DNA of 64,000 bases from an uncultured Armatimonadetes bacterium (GTDB taxonomy: Bacteria; Armatimonadota; Hebobacteria; Hebobacterales; Hebobacteraceae): contig OY970296.1 in assembly GCA_963716175.1 (NCBI GenBank), positions 3,904,001-3,968,000 on the forward strand, given 5' to 3'. The translations under genes and the position numbers were made by a program. The stretch's first letter is position 1. The number at the start of each line of letters is the position of its first letter. Shown here piece by piece: positions 1 to 9,829 of this stretch. Under the pieces are notes generated by a model that was not told the DNA's origin, made no database searches, and saw only the letters and a program-made list of their open reading frames with translations.

Positions 1-2387
1 TGGAAATACCAGAAGCCGACACTGGGGTCGGGGTCCGGAAGGTCGTCCGTCATCCAGGTCACCCAGGGACCCGAGATGTCGGGATACCACTGGTAGGAGA
101 AGTCTATGTACTGGTAGGGGGCGAGCGGGATGCCTGAGGGGTTCGTCGGGAGTGGGATGTTGTCTGGCAGCAACACGTACTGCCGCGAGGTCAGGTCGGT
201 GACGGAGATCGAGGGCAGGCGCAGCTGGCTGCTTCCGTTCTGACCCCGGTAGTCCTCACACGCCACCGCGTTGCCGTTGATCGCGGGGAAGTCTTGCCCA
301 TAGGTGACGTCATCTGCTACCAGCGTCTCCGTGGCCCCCGTTGCCACTTCACCGAACAGGTGCGCGCCTTGAGCCATCTGCCAGTGGCACGGATACCAGT
401 CTGGTTGTGTGGGAGCGGTGATGCTGAAGCTGAAGGTCACACTGTCGCCCGGGTTCACCGTGCTTCCCGCCGGCATCGGCACTTGCGTCACCCCCCAGCG
501 GGAGGTGCCCTGGGGCGAGATGGCTTCGAGGCTGAACCCATCGGCCGCGGTCCAGGGAACCGGACCGACATTCTCCATGGTTACGCTGACCTCGGCGGAC
601 TCGCCTTTGAGCAGGAAGGCCGGGATGGTGTTGGCCACTGCCTCAGCGCCCGAGCCCACGGCAAGGGAGGCTCCGGCGAGGCCGTTATTGGTCTCGTCCG
701 TCTCGGCCACGAGGTAGTCGCTATCCACATAAGCACCCAGGAAGTAGGTCCCCGACGGCATGGGTGGGACGGTGGCGGAGACGGAGGAGTTGGTGTAGAC
801 CTGGCCGGCAGCGAGGGCCGGGATCGAGACGGTGGCCGCCACATAGTCCTGGGGAGAGGCGAGGCTGTTGGCCGAGAGCACCACCAGGGCGGTGCAAGTA
901 CCGGCGGGCGCGCTGCCCTGGTTCTGGACGGAGAGCGAGACGCTGATAGCATCGCCCTGGTAGGGGTGAGTGGCGGCAGTTGAAATGCCACCGGCCGCGA
1001 TCACCAGATCGGGGAGACCGTTGGGCGGGTTCATCGCCCGGACCAGGTCCACCCGCGGAGTGGCAACATCGCTCTCTGGGTCAACAATCTGCACCCCGGT
1101 CTGACGCAGCCGGGCGCGGATGAGGCCGGGGTCAACGGGCGCGGTGGGGTCAGAGGTCAGCATATTCACGACGCAGGCCGCGGCCCCTGAGACATGGGGG
1201 GCGGCGGAGGAGGTTCCCGCCAGACTGATGAAACCAGACGGGTCGCCCAGCTGGGGCGTGAGTGTGCCTTGGCTGGCTCGGGCGCTGGTGATCCAGGCGC
1301 CAGGTGCGTAGAGGTCGAGCAGCTCGCCCCGATCGGAGAAGCACAGGATGGAGTCCGTCTGCGGGTCCACGTCCTGGCACGTCCCCCAGTTCTGAGTGGC
1401 GGTGAAGCTGCGATCGTAAGTGGCTCCGACAGAGACCACGGAGCTGAGGCAGGCCGGAAAGCCGATCCCATCCAGGTAGCCATCATTGCCGGAGGCCGCG
1501 ACCAGCAGCATGCCCTGGGTCACTACATCCTGATAGAACGCGGCCTCGGGTAGCGCGTCGCATTCCTCCCGGCTGGTGTAGAGCTGGCTGCTGGCATCGC
1601 TCAGGCTGAGATTGATGACTTTGATGTTGTAGGCGCTCTGATCCTGGATCGCCTGGTCGAGGGCTTTCAGGACATCGGAGCCCAAACCCGATCCGCTCTT
1701 GTCCAGAACCTTGTACGCGATCAGCGTGGCGGCGGGGGCGATGCCGCGGTAGGTGCTATTCATCCCGGCCGCGACGCCGGCGACATGGGTGCCGTGGCCG
1801 TTGTCATCCATGGGATTAGCGTCGTCGTTCACATAGTCATAGCCACTTACCACCTTGGCCGAGGGGAACTTGGTGGTAGCAGTGCCGCCGAAGTCGGCGT
1901 GAGTGTAGTCTATCCCGGTATCGAGGATGGCGATAGAGACCCCGTGCCCATCGAAGCCGGAGGCCTGAGCCTGGGGCTGGCCGATCAGCGGCCCGCTCTG
2001 GCTGAGCGCGGCCTGCATCACGCGGTCGGGATAGACCTCCTCCACCAATGGTGAGGCCGCCAACTGCTCGAGGGCGGCCTCGTCCACCGTGCCGGCGAGG
2101 AAGGGCTCGGTGACATAGCTGCGGCGGATCTTGAACTTGGGGGCGGCCGCCCTGACGCGCCCGGCCAGATCCTGGATGGCGGGAACACGCTGGCGCCAGT
2201 CCTGGGCGTGGATCTGGGGCAGCTTGCTGTCCCAGAGGGAAACAATGACCCTCGCCTCTCCCTGCTGCCGGAGCTGATCCCGAACGCGACCGTGCACATA
2301 CGCCTGGGGAGTGGCCCAGGCCGACTGCTGCGCGGCTGCGGCGAACAGCACCGCCAAGCCGCACAGCACAACCAGACTTCTTCTCAT
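1..2387 (-). CDS. Secreted S8 (subtilisin) serine peptidase with C-terminal CARDB, Ig-like and TolB-like/propeller segments; runs off the window start
   Basis: Manual translation (absent from the ORF track). ATG at 2387 with AGGGGAG SD, signal peptide MRRSLVVLCGLAVLFAAAA, triad motifs ILDTG, HGTHVAG and GTSSAAPHVSG, then CARDB-like PDLVI...AETDETNN. No stop before base 1. Confidence 0.92.
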   Translation of the reverse strand, partial: MRRSLVVLCGLAVLFAAAAQQSAWATPQAYVHGRVRDQLRQQGEARVIVSLWDSKLPQIHAQDWRQRVPAIQDLAGRVRAAAPKFKIRRSYVTEPFLAGTVDEAALEQLAASPLVEEVYPDRVMQAALSQSGPLIGQPQAQASGFDGHGVSIAILDTGIDYTHADFGGTATTKFPSAKVVSGYDYVNDDANPMDDNGHGTHVAGVAAGMNSTYRGIAPAATLIAYKVLDKSGSGLGSDVLKALDQAIQDQSAYNIKVINLSLSDASSQLYTSREECDALPEAAFYQDVVTQGMLLVAASGNDGYLDGIGFPACLSSVVSVGATYDRSFTATQNWGTCQDVDPQTDSILCFSDRGELLDLYAPGAWITSARASQGTLTPQLGDPSGFISLAGTSSAAPHVSGAAACVVNMLTSDPTAPVDPGLIRARLRQTGVQIVDPESDVATPRVDLVRAMNPPNGLPDLVIAAGGISTAATHPYQGDAISVSLSVQNQGSAPAGTCTALVVLSANSLASPQDYVAATVSIPALAAGQVYTNSSVSATVPPMPSGTYFLGAYVDSDYLVAETDETNNGLAGASLAVGSGAEAVANTIPAFLLKGESAEVSVTMENVGPVPWTAADGFSLEAISPQGTSRWGVTQVPMPAGSTVNPGDSVTFSFSITAPTQPDWYPCHWQMAQGAHLFGEVATGATETLVADDVTYGQDFPAINGNAVACEDYRGQNGSSQLRLPSISVTDLTSRQYVLLPDNIPLPTNPSGIPLAPYQYIDFSYQWYPDISGPWVTWMTDDLPDPDPSVGFWYF

Positions 2388-2509
2388 CTCGATCTCCCCT
2401 GGCGCAATGCCGCTGCGGCGGACTCAGCACGACACCAGAGGCATCTCCGGCCCAGCCAGAGAAAACGGTCGTACTTCTCCGCCCTGCGAGACCGATACCG
2501 AACAGTCAT

Positions 2510-2624
2510 GCCCATGCGGGCCGACTTGTCTGAGTATACCCCGACAACTAACATCTTTCCCTTTAGCGATCTGCTCCCGGTCTCCTGTTGCAGGTATGGT
2601 CTCAAGCAAGTCGAAGCATGGGGC
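2510..2624. repeat. Long imperfect inverted repeat in a divergent intergenic region
   Basis: CCCATGC/GCATGGG, CGACTTG/CAAGTCG, TGAG/CTCA, TATACC/GGTATG and CAAC/GTTG pair in nested order around a 38-nt loop. Confidence 0.6.
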
Positions 2625-2706
2625 GATTGTCGCGATCTGTGACGGAAGGACAATCCTCACAGCCGCCCAGGCAGACGCACGCAGCAACTGGCGGGGGGAG
2701 GGATAA

Positions 2707-3798
2707 GTGCGGATCTCTGAGCTGGATACGCCGACGCTGCTGGTTGATCTGGACCGACTGGAAGCCAATCTCGACCGGATGGCGCAGCGGGCGCGGACCT
2801 CCGATCTGCAACTGCGGCCCCACACCAAGACGCACAAGGTTCCAGCGATCGCCCGCATGCAATTGGAGCGGGGCGCCGTGGGCATCACCGTAGCGAAAAT
2901 CGGCGAGGCGGAGGTGATGGCCGATGCGGGGGTCGAGGATATCTTCATCGCCAACCAGATTGTAGGAGCGGGGAAGGTCGAGCGCCTGATCGCGCTGGCG
3001 CGGCGGGTGAAGCTGGCGGTGGGCGTGGACAGCGTAGAGGTGGCAGCGCCCCTTTCCATGGCCTTCGCCCAGGAGGGGCTGCGGCTGCCAGTGCTGCTCG
3101 AGGTCGACACCGGGCTGGGGCGGTGCGGTGTCCCTCCCCAGGCCGCGCTGGACCTGGCGCGACACGTCAACACGCTGCCGGGGCTCAGCCTGGCAGGGAT
3201 CTTCACCTACCCTGGGCACGTGTACGCCGCGCGCAACGATAACGAGGTGGCCGGCGTTACCGCCTATGAATGCCGCACCATGGCCGACCTGGCGCGGCGT
3301 ATCGCTCCTATCGCGGGGCTGACGCTCCGGGTCAGTGGGGGGTCAACTCCCACCAGCCGGCACTACACTGCGGAATGCGGCCTGAGCGAGATGCGGCCCG
3401 GCACCTATGTCTTCAACGACCGCATTCAGATTGATCGCTGGTCGGCCCAGCCCGACGAATGCGCGCTCACGGTGCTGGCCACGGTGATCAGCGTGCCGGA
3501 AGCAGGTCGCGCGGTGCTGGACGCCGGCAGCAAGTCGCTATCCCAGGATCGCGCGCACGAGTCGCCCGGATTCGGGATGCTGAAAGAGGATAACGCGGCG
3601 GTGCTGATGAGGCTCAACGAAGAGCACGGCTTCCTCGATCTCTCTCAGGCCGCCATCAAGCTCCGGGTGGGAGACAAGGTGCAGGTGATCCCCAATCACT
3701 GCTGCGTGGTGAGCAATCTCTTTGATGAGATGGCGGCAGTGCGGGCAGGAGACGTGGTGGAGACCTGGCCCATCGCGGGGCGAGGGAAGCTGCGGTGA
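2707..3798 (+). CDS. DSD1/D-threonine aldolase family PLP enzyme (alanine racemase-like fold III)
   Basis: LRPHTKTHK PLP lysine, GGSTPT, EMRPGTYVFND, NEEHG, PNHCC. Confidence 0.9.
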   Translation: MRISELDTPTLLVDLDRLEANLDRMAQRARTSDLQLRPHTKTHKVPAIARMQLERGAVGITVAKIGEAEVMADAGVEDIFIANQIVGAGKVERLIALARRVKLAVGVDSVEVAAPLSMAFAQEGLRLPVLLEVDTGLGRCGVPPQAALDLARHVNTLPGLSLAGIFTYPGHVYAARNDNEVAGVTAYECRTMADLARRIAPIAGLTLRVSGGSTPTSRHYTAECGLSEMRPGTYVFNDRIQIDRWSAQPDECALTVLATVISVPEAGRAVLDAGSKSLSQDRAHESPGFGMLKEDNAAVLMRLNEEHGFLDLSQAAIKLRVGDKVQVIPNHCCVVSNLFDEMAAVRAGDVVETWPIAGRGKLR

Positions 3799-3918
3799 CG
3801 CGGCGATCCACCGCGGGGACGCAGAGGGCGCGGAGGCTGGAGCACGACGAGGCGGCGACGCCTCCCGCTGCTGCGAAGCGCCCGGCATGGCCGCCTTAGA
3901 GGAACACAGGAGAGGGAG

Positions 3919-4305
3919 ATGGCGGGAAAAGAGATCATCATCTCGGATAGGCTGCCGGCGCCAAAGGGGCCCTATTCCCCGGCGGTGCGAGCGAACGGGT
4001 TCATCTTCGTCTCCGGCCAGGGGCCAGTTGACCCCGGCACTGGCGAAGTGCTGCGCGGCAGCATCGAGCAACAGGCCGAGCTGGTTCTGAACAACATCAG
4101 GACCATCCTCGAGGAGGCGGGGTCGTCGCTGGATCTGGTGGTCAAGACCAACGTCTACCTCGACAAGATCGAGGATTTCGCGGCGATGAACGGGGTCTAC
4201 GCCACCTTCTTCCCCCAGCGTCCTCCAGCTCGCACCACCATCGAGGCCGCCAACCTGCCTCTGGGAATCGGGGTGGAGATAGATGTGATCGCGCTGGCAC
4301 CGTGA
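3919..4305 (+). CDS. ridA: RidA/YjgF enamine-imine deaminase
   Basis: GPYSPA, FVSGQ, PPARTT, LPLG..VEIDVIA. Confidence 0.9.
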   Translation: MAGKEIIISDRLPAPKGPYSPAVRANGFIFVSGQGPVDPGTGEVLRGSIEQQAELVLNNIRTILEEAGSSLDLVVKTNVYLDKIEDFAAMNGVYATFFPQRPPARTTIEAANLPLGIGVEIDVIALAP

Positions 4306-4323
4306 GAGCAGGTAGCTGCGGGA

Positions 4324-5208
4324 TCACCGCGCGCCGTGAGCGCGCAGCAGCTCTGCCGTCGCACTCTCGTGCTTGGCGACGGCCAGGGTGAGAGGACTTT
4401 CCCCGCGCTGGTCGCGAGCATTTGGGTCAGCGCCCGCGGCCAGCAGCAACTCGGCCTGGTCTCGCTTCCCGACCGAGGCCGCCAGGTGCAGCGGTGTCCA
4501 TCCCCGCTTGTCTCTTGCGTTGACCTCCGCTCCGCCCGCGATCAGCAGCTCCACCGCCTGGGACCACCCCAGAAGCACCGCGCCATAGATGGGTGTCCAA
4601 TCGAGCCCTTGTCGAGTCCTGGCGTTCACGTCCGCGCCTCTTGCCAGCAGCAGCCGGACCATCTCCGGCTGATCGAGCAGTGCCGCCCAGTGCAGCGGAG
4701 TACGCCCCTTGCCATCAGGCGCATTGATCTCCGCGCCGCGAGCCAGCAGCAGCTCCGCCAGCCGCGCGCCTCCGGCAGCGGTGGCGCTGTGCAAAGGCGT
4801 CCTCCCCTGAGGATCTTGCGCGTTCACATCTGCTCCGTGCGACAGTAGGGCCTCCGCCACGCCGGTATGACCGGCGTAAGCAGCCTCGTGCAGGGGAGTC
4901 CATTCCAGCCCCGCGGCAGCCCGCACCCCCGCGTCGGCGCCGTGCGCGAGCAGCTCCTCGGTCACCTCCGCATGCCCGGCCAACGCGGCTGCGTGCAGCG
5001 GCGTCCAGCCAAAGCACCGCCCGTTTCTGGCGTTCACCGCCGCGCCCTGCCCCAGCAGGCGCTTGACCACGGCGGTGCGGCCGCGGAGGGCGGCCTGGTA
5101 GAGATCGGTGCTGCCACCCCCGGCCGACAGCGCCAGCAGCCACAGGGCAGCGGCAGCCGCAACCGGCGCCAGGCTCAAGAACGATATGCGCCCACGCCTG
5201 CCGTTCAC
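4324..5208 (-). CDS. Ankyrin-repeat protein with N-terminal signal/TM segment (in frame with the upstream ORF as sequenced)
   Basis: About 7 G(W/R)TPLH..A repeats. Candidate GTG at 5208 after GAGGCGG, followed by RRGRISFLSLAPVAAAAALWLLAL. Confidence 0.8.
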   Translation of the reverse strand: MNGRRGRISFLSLAPVAAAAALWLLALSAGGGSTDLYQAALRGRTAVVKRLLGQGAAVNARNGRCFGWTPLHAAALAGHAEVTEELLAHGADAGVRAAAGLEWTPLHEAAYAGHTGVAEALLSHGADVNAQDPQGRTPLHSATAAGGARLAELLLARGAEINAPDGKGRTPLHWAALLDQPEMVRLLLARGADVNARTRQGLDWTPIYGAVLLGWSQAVELLIAGGAEVNARDKRGWTPLHLAASVGKRDQAELLLAAGADPNARDQRGESPLTLAVAKHESATAELLRAHGAR

Positions 5209-7653
5209 GGCCCAGTCCGCCTCGGGAGGCGGCCTTCTCCGACGCGGCCCGGCAGAGCGCCCTTCAGGGGCCCCATCGCGCGGAAGGCGCGGCACGATGA
5301 GGACCAAGGAGCCGTACACCAGCGCCGCGGCGAGGAGGCAGCCATTGAAGCCGATGAGCTTCCCTCCCGCGGCGGCGAGCACGCTTCCCACCACAGACAT
5401 GAGGCCGTTGAAACCCCACACCCAGGGCACATCTCCCTGCCTGGCGCCGGACATGAGTCGGAGGCCGCTGGGAAACGGGACGCCCAGCGCGATTCCCAGG
5501 GGTACCAGCAGCACGCCGGTCGCCAGCAGTTTCCCGGGAGTGGACACGTGTAGAAGCGATGACAGCACCGGTGATAGGGCCAGCGTGTAGGCCGCGGCGA
5601 TGGCGCAGACCATGGCGGCCGCTGCCATGGTGCGGCGAGGCAGCATCTCCGCCGGCCAGCGCTGGCTCATCCCGCTCCCCAGGCTGGCGCCGATCAGCAG
5701 CCAGAACAGGATCCCGGCCAGGCTCAGCGTGGGATGCCCCAGGAACAAGATGAACTTCTGGATCAGCGGGATCTCCACCAACATGAAGCCAATGCCCAGA
5801 GCGCCGAAGTAGACCAGCCACGCCTGTGGCCCGCGTTCCCTCTGCGGCCGTCGCCAGAGCAGCGCACCGCTGAAGAGCGCGCCCAGGCCGAAGCTGCCCA
5901 GAAGGAACCAGAGCAGCACCCTCGGGGCGCCGAAGGAACGGTCGAGGAAGAAGGGCCGGTCATCGGTGGCCGGGCGCAGGTCCGAACGCGCGTCACCGTC
6001 TGGCAGGCCGGCCGCGAACACCTCCGGCAGCGTCGCCGCGCCGGAGGCGACCTCTGCCACCAGGCGATGACCGCCCAGGCCGGGGAGGAAGACCATTTCC
6101 GCCAGTCCGGCCTCGATCGCTCGCCGCAGCCGGCCGAGATCATCCGCAGTCAGTGGGGACCGCTTCCAGATCAGGAGGTAGCGGTAGGGTGTCTCGACCT
6201 CCTCGCCCCCGGGGAGAGCGAGAAGGGCGAGATGGCGACACGCCTGCTGAGCATCGGTGCCCTGCTCCTGCATCACCGCGATGGCGGTGAACGCAGCCCG
6301 CAGCAACAGCGGCCCGGACTCGGTCACCAGGGTATAGCGCCCTTGCGGGGCGAGGTGGCGGAAGTAGTCTGAGAACGCCTCCTGGGTGTGGATATACGAC
6401 TCGACCAGAGCCTGCCCGGCGCCGGGCGCGGTCGCAGTCTGAGTCAGCGTGGAGCTGATGAGGTCATATTGCTGGCGGGAGCGGCGCACGAAACTGCGCC
6501 CGTCCTCTATGCTCACCGTAACGCCCGGCCACTGGTAGAGATTCCCGTTGAGGCCCCGGTAGCGGTCCATCATCGCCGCTACGGAGGCGTTGACCTCGAC
6601 GCCCTCCATCTTGCTGAAGCCGGCCAGCAGGCCCCAGAGGAAGTCTCGCCCGGCGCCGGGCCCGATAGAGAGCACGGTGCTGTGAGGGGAGAGGTCGTAC
6701 CCGATGAACGGCAGCTCGCGGCGGAGCTGGGAGAGAGAGCTCGAGTCGCCGTGGAACGGCGTCATCTGGGATGGGGTCCCGCCGTCGGTGTAGAGCTGGA
6801 GACTATAGAGACCGGCCTCGGGCGAGTCGTAGCGGACGAGATCCGTCCTGGCGTAGGCCGACCAGTCCCGATCCAGAGTGGACCCGATCTGACCAGATCC
6901 GGCGGCCTCCTGCACCATCGCCTTCGTCACCGCCGACGGCGCCCCCGCCAAGGGGCGAATCCGGAGATAGTCGGCCCTCACACTCGCGGGCCAGGAGGCC
7001 GCCAGGAAGACCACCGTGGCCACGCTGGCGAAGAACAGACCGTGGTCTCGTCGGGAGAGCGCCCAACAGGCCGCCCCGATGCCAGCCAGTCCGCCCAGGG
7101 GAAAGGCCATGTGGAGCGCGCCGGTCAGCCCCATCAGAGGCACGACGAGAACCGCGGCGAGCGCGGCCCCGAAGAGATCGGCCTGGTAGAGACGGCCGCT
7201 TTCCGAGACCTGCTCGCGGAAAACCTCAGCCAGAAACGCGCCGGCGAAGATGAAGGGCAGAACCGGGATCAGGGCAGCCCAGAGGTGGGCCGCGATAATC
7301 GCTGAACTGCCGAAAAGCAGGGCGATGCTCCAGGGTATCAGCAGCGCGAAGCCCAGCCCCGCCCAACCCACCTCAGGGCCGGCGGGCAGGCCCACCTCGC
7401 GGCGGACCCGCGCGCTCCGCTGGAGCAGGTGCCAGCCCAAGCCACCCAGCCCCAACCCGCACATGGCGCCGGAAACGGCCACGAAAGCGTAGTGATAGTC
7501 GAACAGGACGGAGTAGACGCGGGTGAGGCTGACCTCAAAGGCCAGCACCACGAAGGACACGAGGAAGACACTTGCCAACACCGACCACCCGCCACACGGC
7601 CGGCGGGCAACCTGGCGCGGGTGGGACCCTTCGCTGCGCTCAGGACGAGCCAT
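5205..7653 (-). CDS. Polytopic membrane protein with central spermidine-synthase-like SAM-binding domain
   Basis: TM blocks flank SIGPGAGRD, VEVN, EDGRSFV and PATDDRPFF. The 3' end is uncertain: either fused to the ankyrin domain or ending at TGA 5205 if 2 bp are missing near 5280. Confidence 0.8.
7627..7650 (-). repeat. Short repeat (GTCCTGAGCGCAGCGAAGGG family)
   Basis: Similar to 9629-9652 and 21396-21420. Confidence 0.6.
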
Positions 7654-7920
7654 GGCAACGCCTTGCCCTGCCGGATTGGGCGGCGAGCCCAGTTTATGGG
7701 GCGAGTCGGCCGCTGTCAATGGCGTGCAGCAGGGCGCGTCATCTCAGTTTCGGAAGCAGCGGCCCCAATGCGAGAGCTGTGCCAGCCCCAAGACCCCCTG
7801 ATTGTGGAATAAGTGTCTTACGCGGGAGGCGTCGGTTTGGCCAAGCCGTCGTGCTTGGGCGTATCTGGGCTGGCCGGCAGACGCGCCCCGGGGAAAGCCA
7901 CCACGCGACAACTGCAGCCC

Positions 7921-9618
7921 ATGGCCAACGCCCGAGAGCTAGCTGCCCATCTTCCCATCGTCCGCGCGCTGGCAGCGCGGTCCGCGGCTCGCCGCGCTCT
8001 GATCGCCGCCGATCCCTTCCGGAAGAGCGAGATACAGGAGGAGCGGCTCTGGCTGCTCGCCCTGCTGATCATCTTCCTGCTCTCCGTGAGCCTTTTCCTG
8101 CTCACGGCCACCGAGGATGCCCGGGGGTCGATTCCGGCCTTGGCGATGCCTCTCATGGCCGTGCTGGGCAGCGACATCACCACCTGCTTCCTGCTGGTCA
8201 TGGTGCTGCTGATCACCGCGTACATTCGCGAACGCCTGGCCGAACGCTGGCGGGAGAACCGCCGCCTGGTCGAGCAGCTCACCGCGAAAGAGCGGGCGCT
8301 GAAGAAGAAGGATGCCCAGCTCACCACCTGGGGCGAGCTCAGCCATGCGCTGATCGCGAACTTCGATCTGCCCCGGCTGCTGGATCTGATCGTGACCACC
8401 GCCATCGAGGTGACGGGCGCGGACCGGGGCTCGGTGATGCTGCTCGATGAGAACGATGGGACGCTCTCTATCAAGGCCGCGAAGGGCCTCGGGGCGGAGG
8501 TGGCCAGCGCCACCAAGCTCCGACTGGGCGAGGGGATCGCGGGCCGAGTGGCGCTGACGGGGAAGCCACTGCTGCTGCGCCGCGGCGAGGGACAGCTCGC
8601 GCTGCGGCCGCTGCGTCGCCGAGAAATGCAGATCTCATCGGCGATTTCAGTGCCGCTCCGCATTGAGGACCGGATCGTGGGCACCCTCAATGTCAATGAG
8701 TCGGGGCGGGTCAGCGAGTTTGGAGACGAGCACCTGCGGGCCCTGACCCTCTTCGCCGACCAGGCCGCCCTGGCGCTGGAGAAGGCGCAGCTCTACCGCG
8801 ATTCCCAGCGGCAACTGGAGAAGCTGCTCTCGGTGCTGGACGAGCTGAGCCGGACCCAGGCGCAGCTCGTGCACTCCGAAAAGCTGGCCTCCCTGGGGGT
8901 GCTGGCCGGCGGCGTGGCGCACGAGATCAACAACCCGCTGATGGTGATCCTGGGCCGGACAGAGCTGATGCTGATGGATGAGGACCTGCCCGGCGATGTC
9001 AGAAGCAACCTGGAGACCATCCGGGTGGAGACCGAGCGCATCGCCGAAATCGTGCTGGGCCTGCTCACGTTCGCCCGCAAGAGCCGCCAGGAGAAGATGG
9101 AGACCCTGGATGTGAACGAGGTGCTGGACCGGACGCTGATGCTGAGCGAGCATCAGCTCACCCTGGGCAATGTGCGGGTGGTCAAGGAGCTGGACGCGCA
9201 TCTGCCGGCCATTCAGGCCAACCCAGGGCAGCTCCAGCAGGTCTTCATGAACCTGATGATCAACGCCCACCACGCCATGCCCAACGGGGGCCAGCTCACG
9301 GTACGCACGGGACCGGTGCCCCAGCACCGGGTGTTCATCGAGATCGAGGACACCGGCTGCGGCATTCCCGCCGAGGACCTGAACCGCATCTTCGACCCGT
9401 TCTTCACCACCAAGGAGGAAGGAAAGGGCACCGGCCTGGGCCTCTCGGTGAGCCGCAATATCATCGAGAACCACGGGGGCATCATCGGGGTGGAGAGCAC
9501 GGTCGGCCTGGGCACCCTGTTCCGCGTGGTGCTGCCTGAGGAGTCTCCGGTTCCGGCCAGTCCCCAGACTCCGGTCAGCATCAGCGATCTCACGCAGCGG
9601 GCCACCTTCTCCTTGTAG
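7921..9618 (+). CDS. Membrane sensor histidine kinase, 2TM-GAF-HisKA-HATPase (no adjacent response regulator)
   Basis: GVAHEINNPL H-box, NLMINA N-box, DTGCGI, FDPFFTTK, GTGLGL and a GAF segment. Start uncertain (7813 or 7921). Confidence 0.92.
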   Translation: MANARELAAHLPIVRALAARSAARRALIAADPFRKSEIQEERLWLLALLIIFLLSVSLFLLTATEDARGSIPALAMPLMAVLGSDITTCFLLVMVLLITAYIRERLAERWRENRRLVEQLTAKERALKKKDAQLTTWGELSHALIANFDLPRLLDLIVTTAIEVTGADRGSVMLLDENDGTLSIKAAKGLGAEVASATKLRLGEGIAGRVALTGKPLLLRRGEGQLALRPLRRREMQISSAISVPLRIEDRIVGTLNVNESGRVSEFGDEHLRALTLFADQAALALEKAQLYRDSQRQLEKLLSVLDELSRTQAQLVHSEKLASLGVLAGGVAHEINNPLMVILGRTELMLMDEDLPGDVRSNLETIRVETERIAEIVLGLLTFARKSRQEKMETLDVNEVLDRTLMLSEHQLTLGNVRVVKELDAHLPAIQANPGQLQQVFMNLMINAHHAMPNGGQLTVRTGPVPQHRVFIEIEDTGCGIPAEDLNRIFDPFFTTKEEGKGTGLGLSVSRNIIENHGGIIGVESTVGLGTLFRVVLPEESPVPASPQTPVSISDLTQRATFSL

Positions 9619-9693
9619 GTAGGGCAGGCCTGTCCCGAGCGCAGGCGAGGGATCCGCGACCTGCCCCGGCGGGCATGGGCATGCCCGCCCTAC
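9619..9693. repeat. GTAG-type REP doublet (REPIN-like) with a nested 24-bp insertion
   Basis: GTAGGGCAGG[24 bp]TCCGCGACCTGCCC...GGCGGGCATGGGCATGCCCGCCCTAC. Confidence 0.7.
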
Positions 9694-9767
9694 AACGCGA
9701 GCGATGCGGGCCCCACCAGGCGCCGATCCGCTTCGCCAGGAGTTCTCCCCCAACGCGTCTAACCCAG

Positions 9768-9811
9768 TGCGCGTCAGCGCGGGCTTCCATGCGCGTCAGC
9801 ACGGGTTTCCA
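9768..9811 (+). repeat. 22-bp tandem direct repeat upstream of the oxidoreductase/XDH operon
   Basis: TGCGCGTCAGCGCGGGCTTCCA / TGCGCGTCAGCACGGGTTTCCA (2 mismatches). Confidence 0.75.
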
Positions 9812-9829
9812 ATGGCGAGAGGAGGGAGC

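Noticed and set aside
294-2430. Assorted short ORFs in the track over the first 2.4 kb
   Set aside because: They overlap the S8 peptidase, which the track missed because it has no stop in the window.
2707-4305. DSD1 + RidA pair as a novel system
   Set aside because: Well-precedented pairing of a PLP enzyme with an enamine deaminase.
4324-5100. Periodic DNA similarity as a possible CRISPR or tandem array
   Set aside because: Explained by ankyrin repeat coding; no identical repeats with unique spacers.
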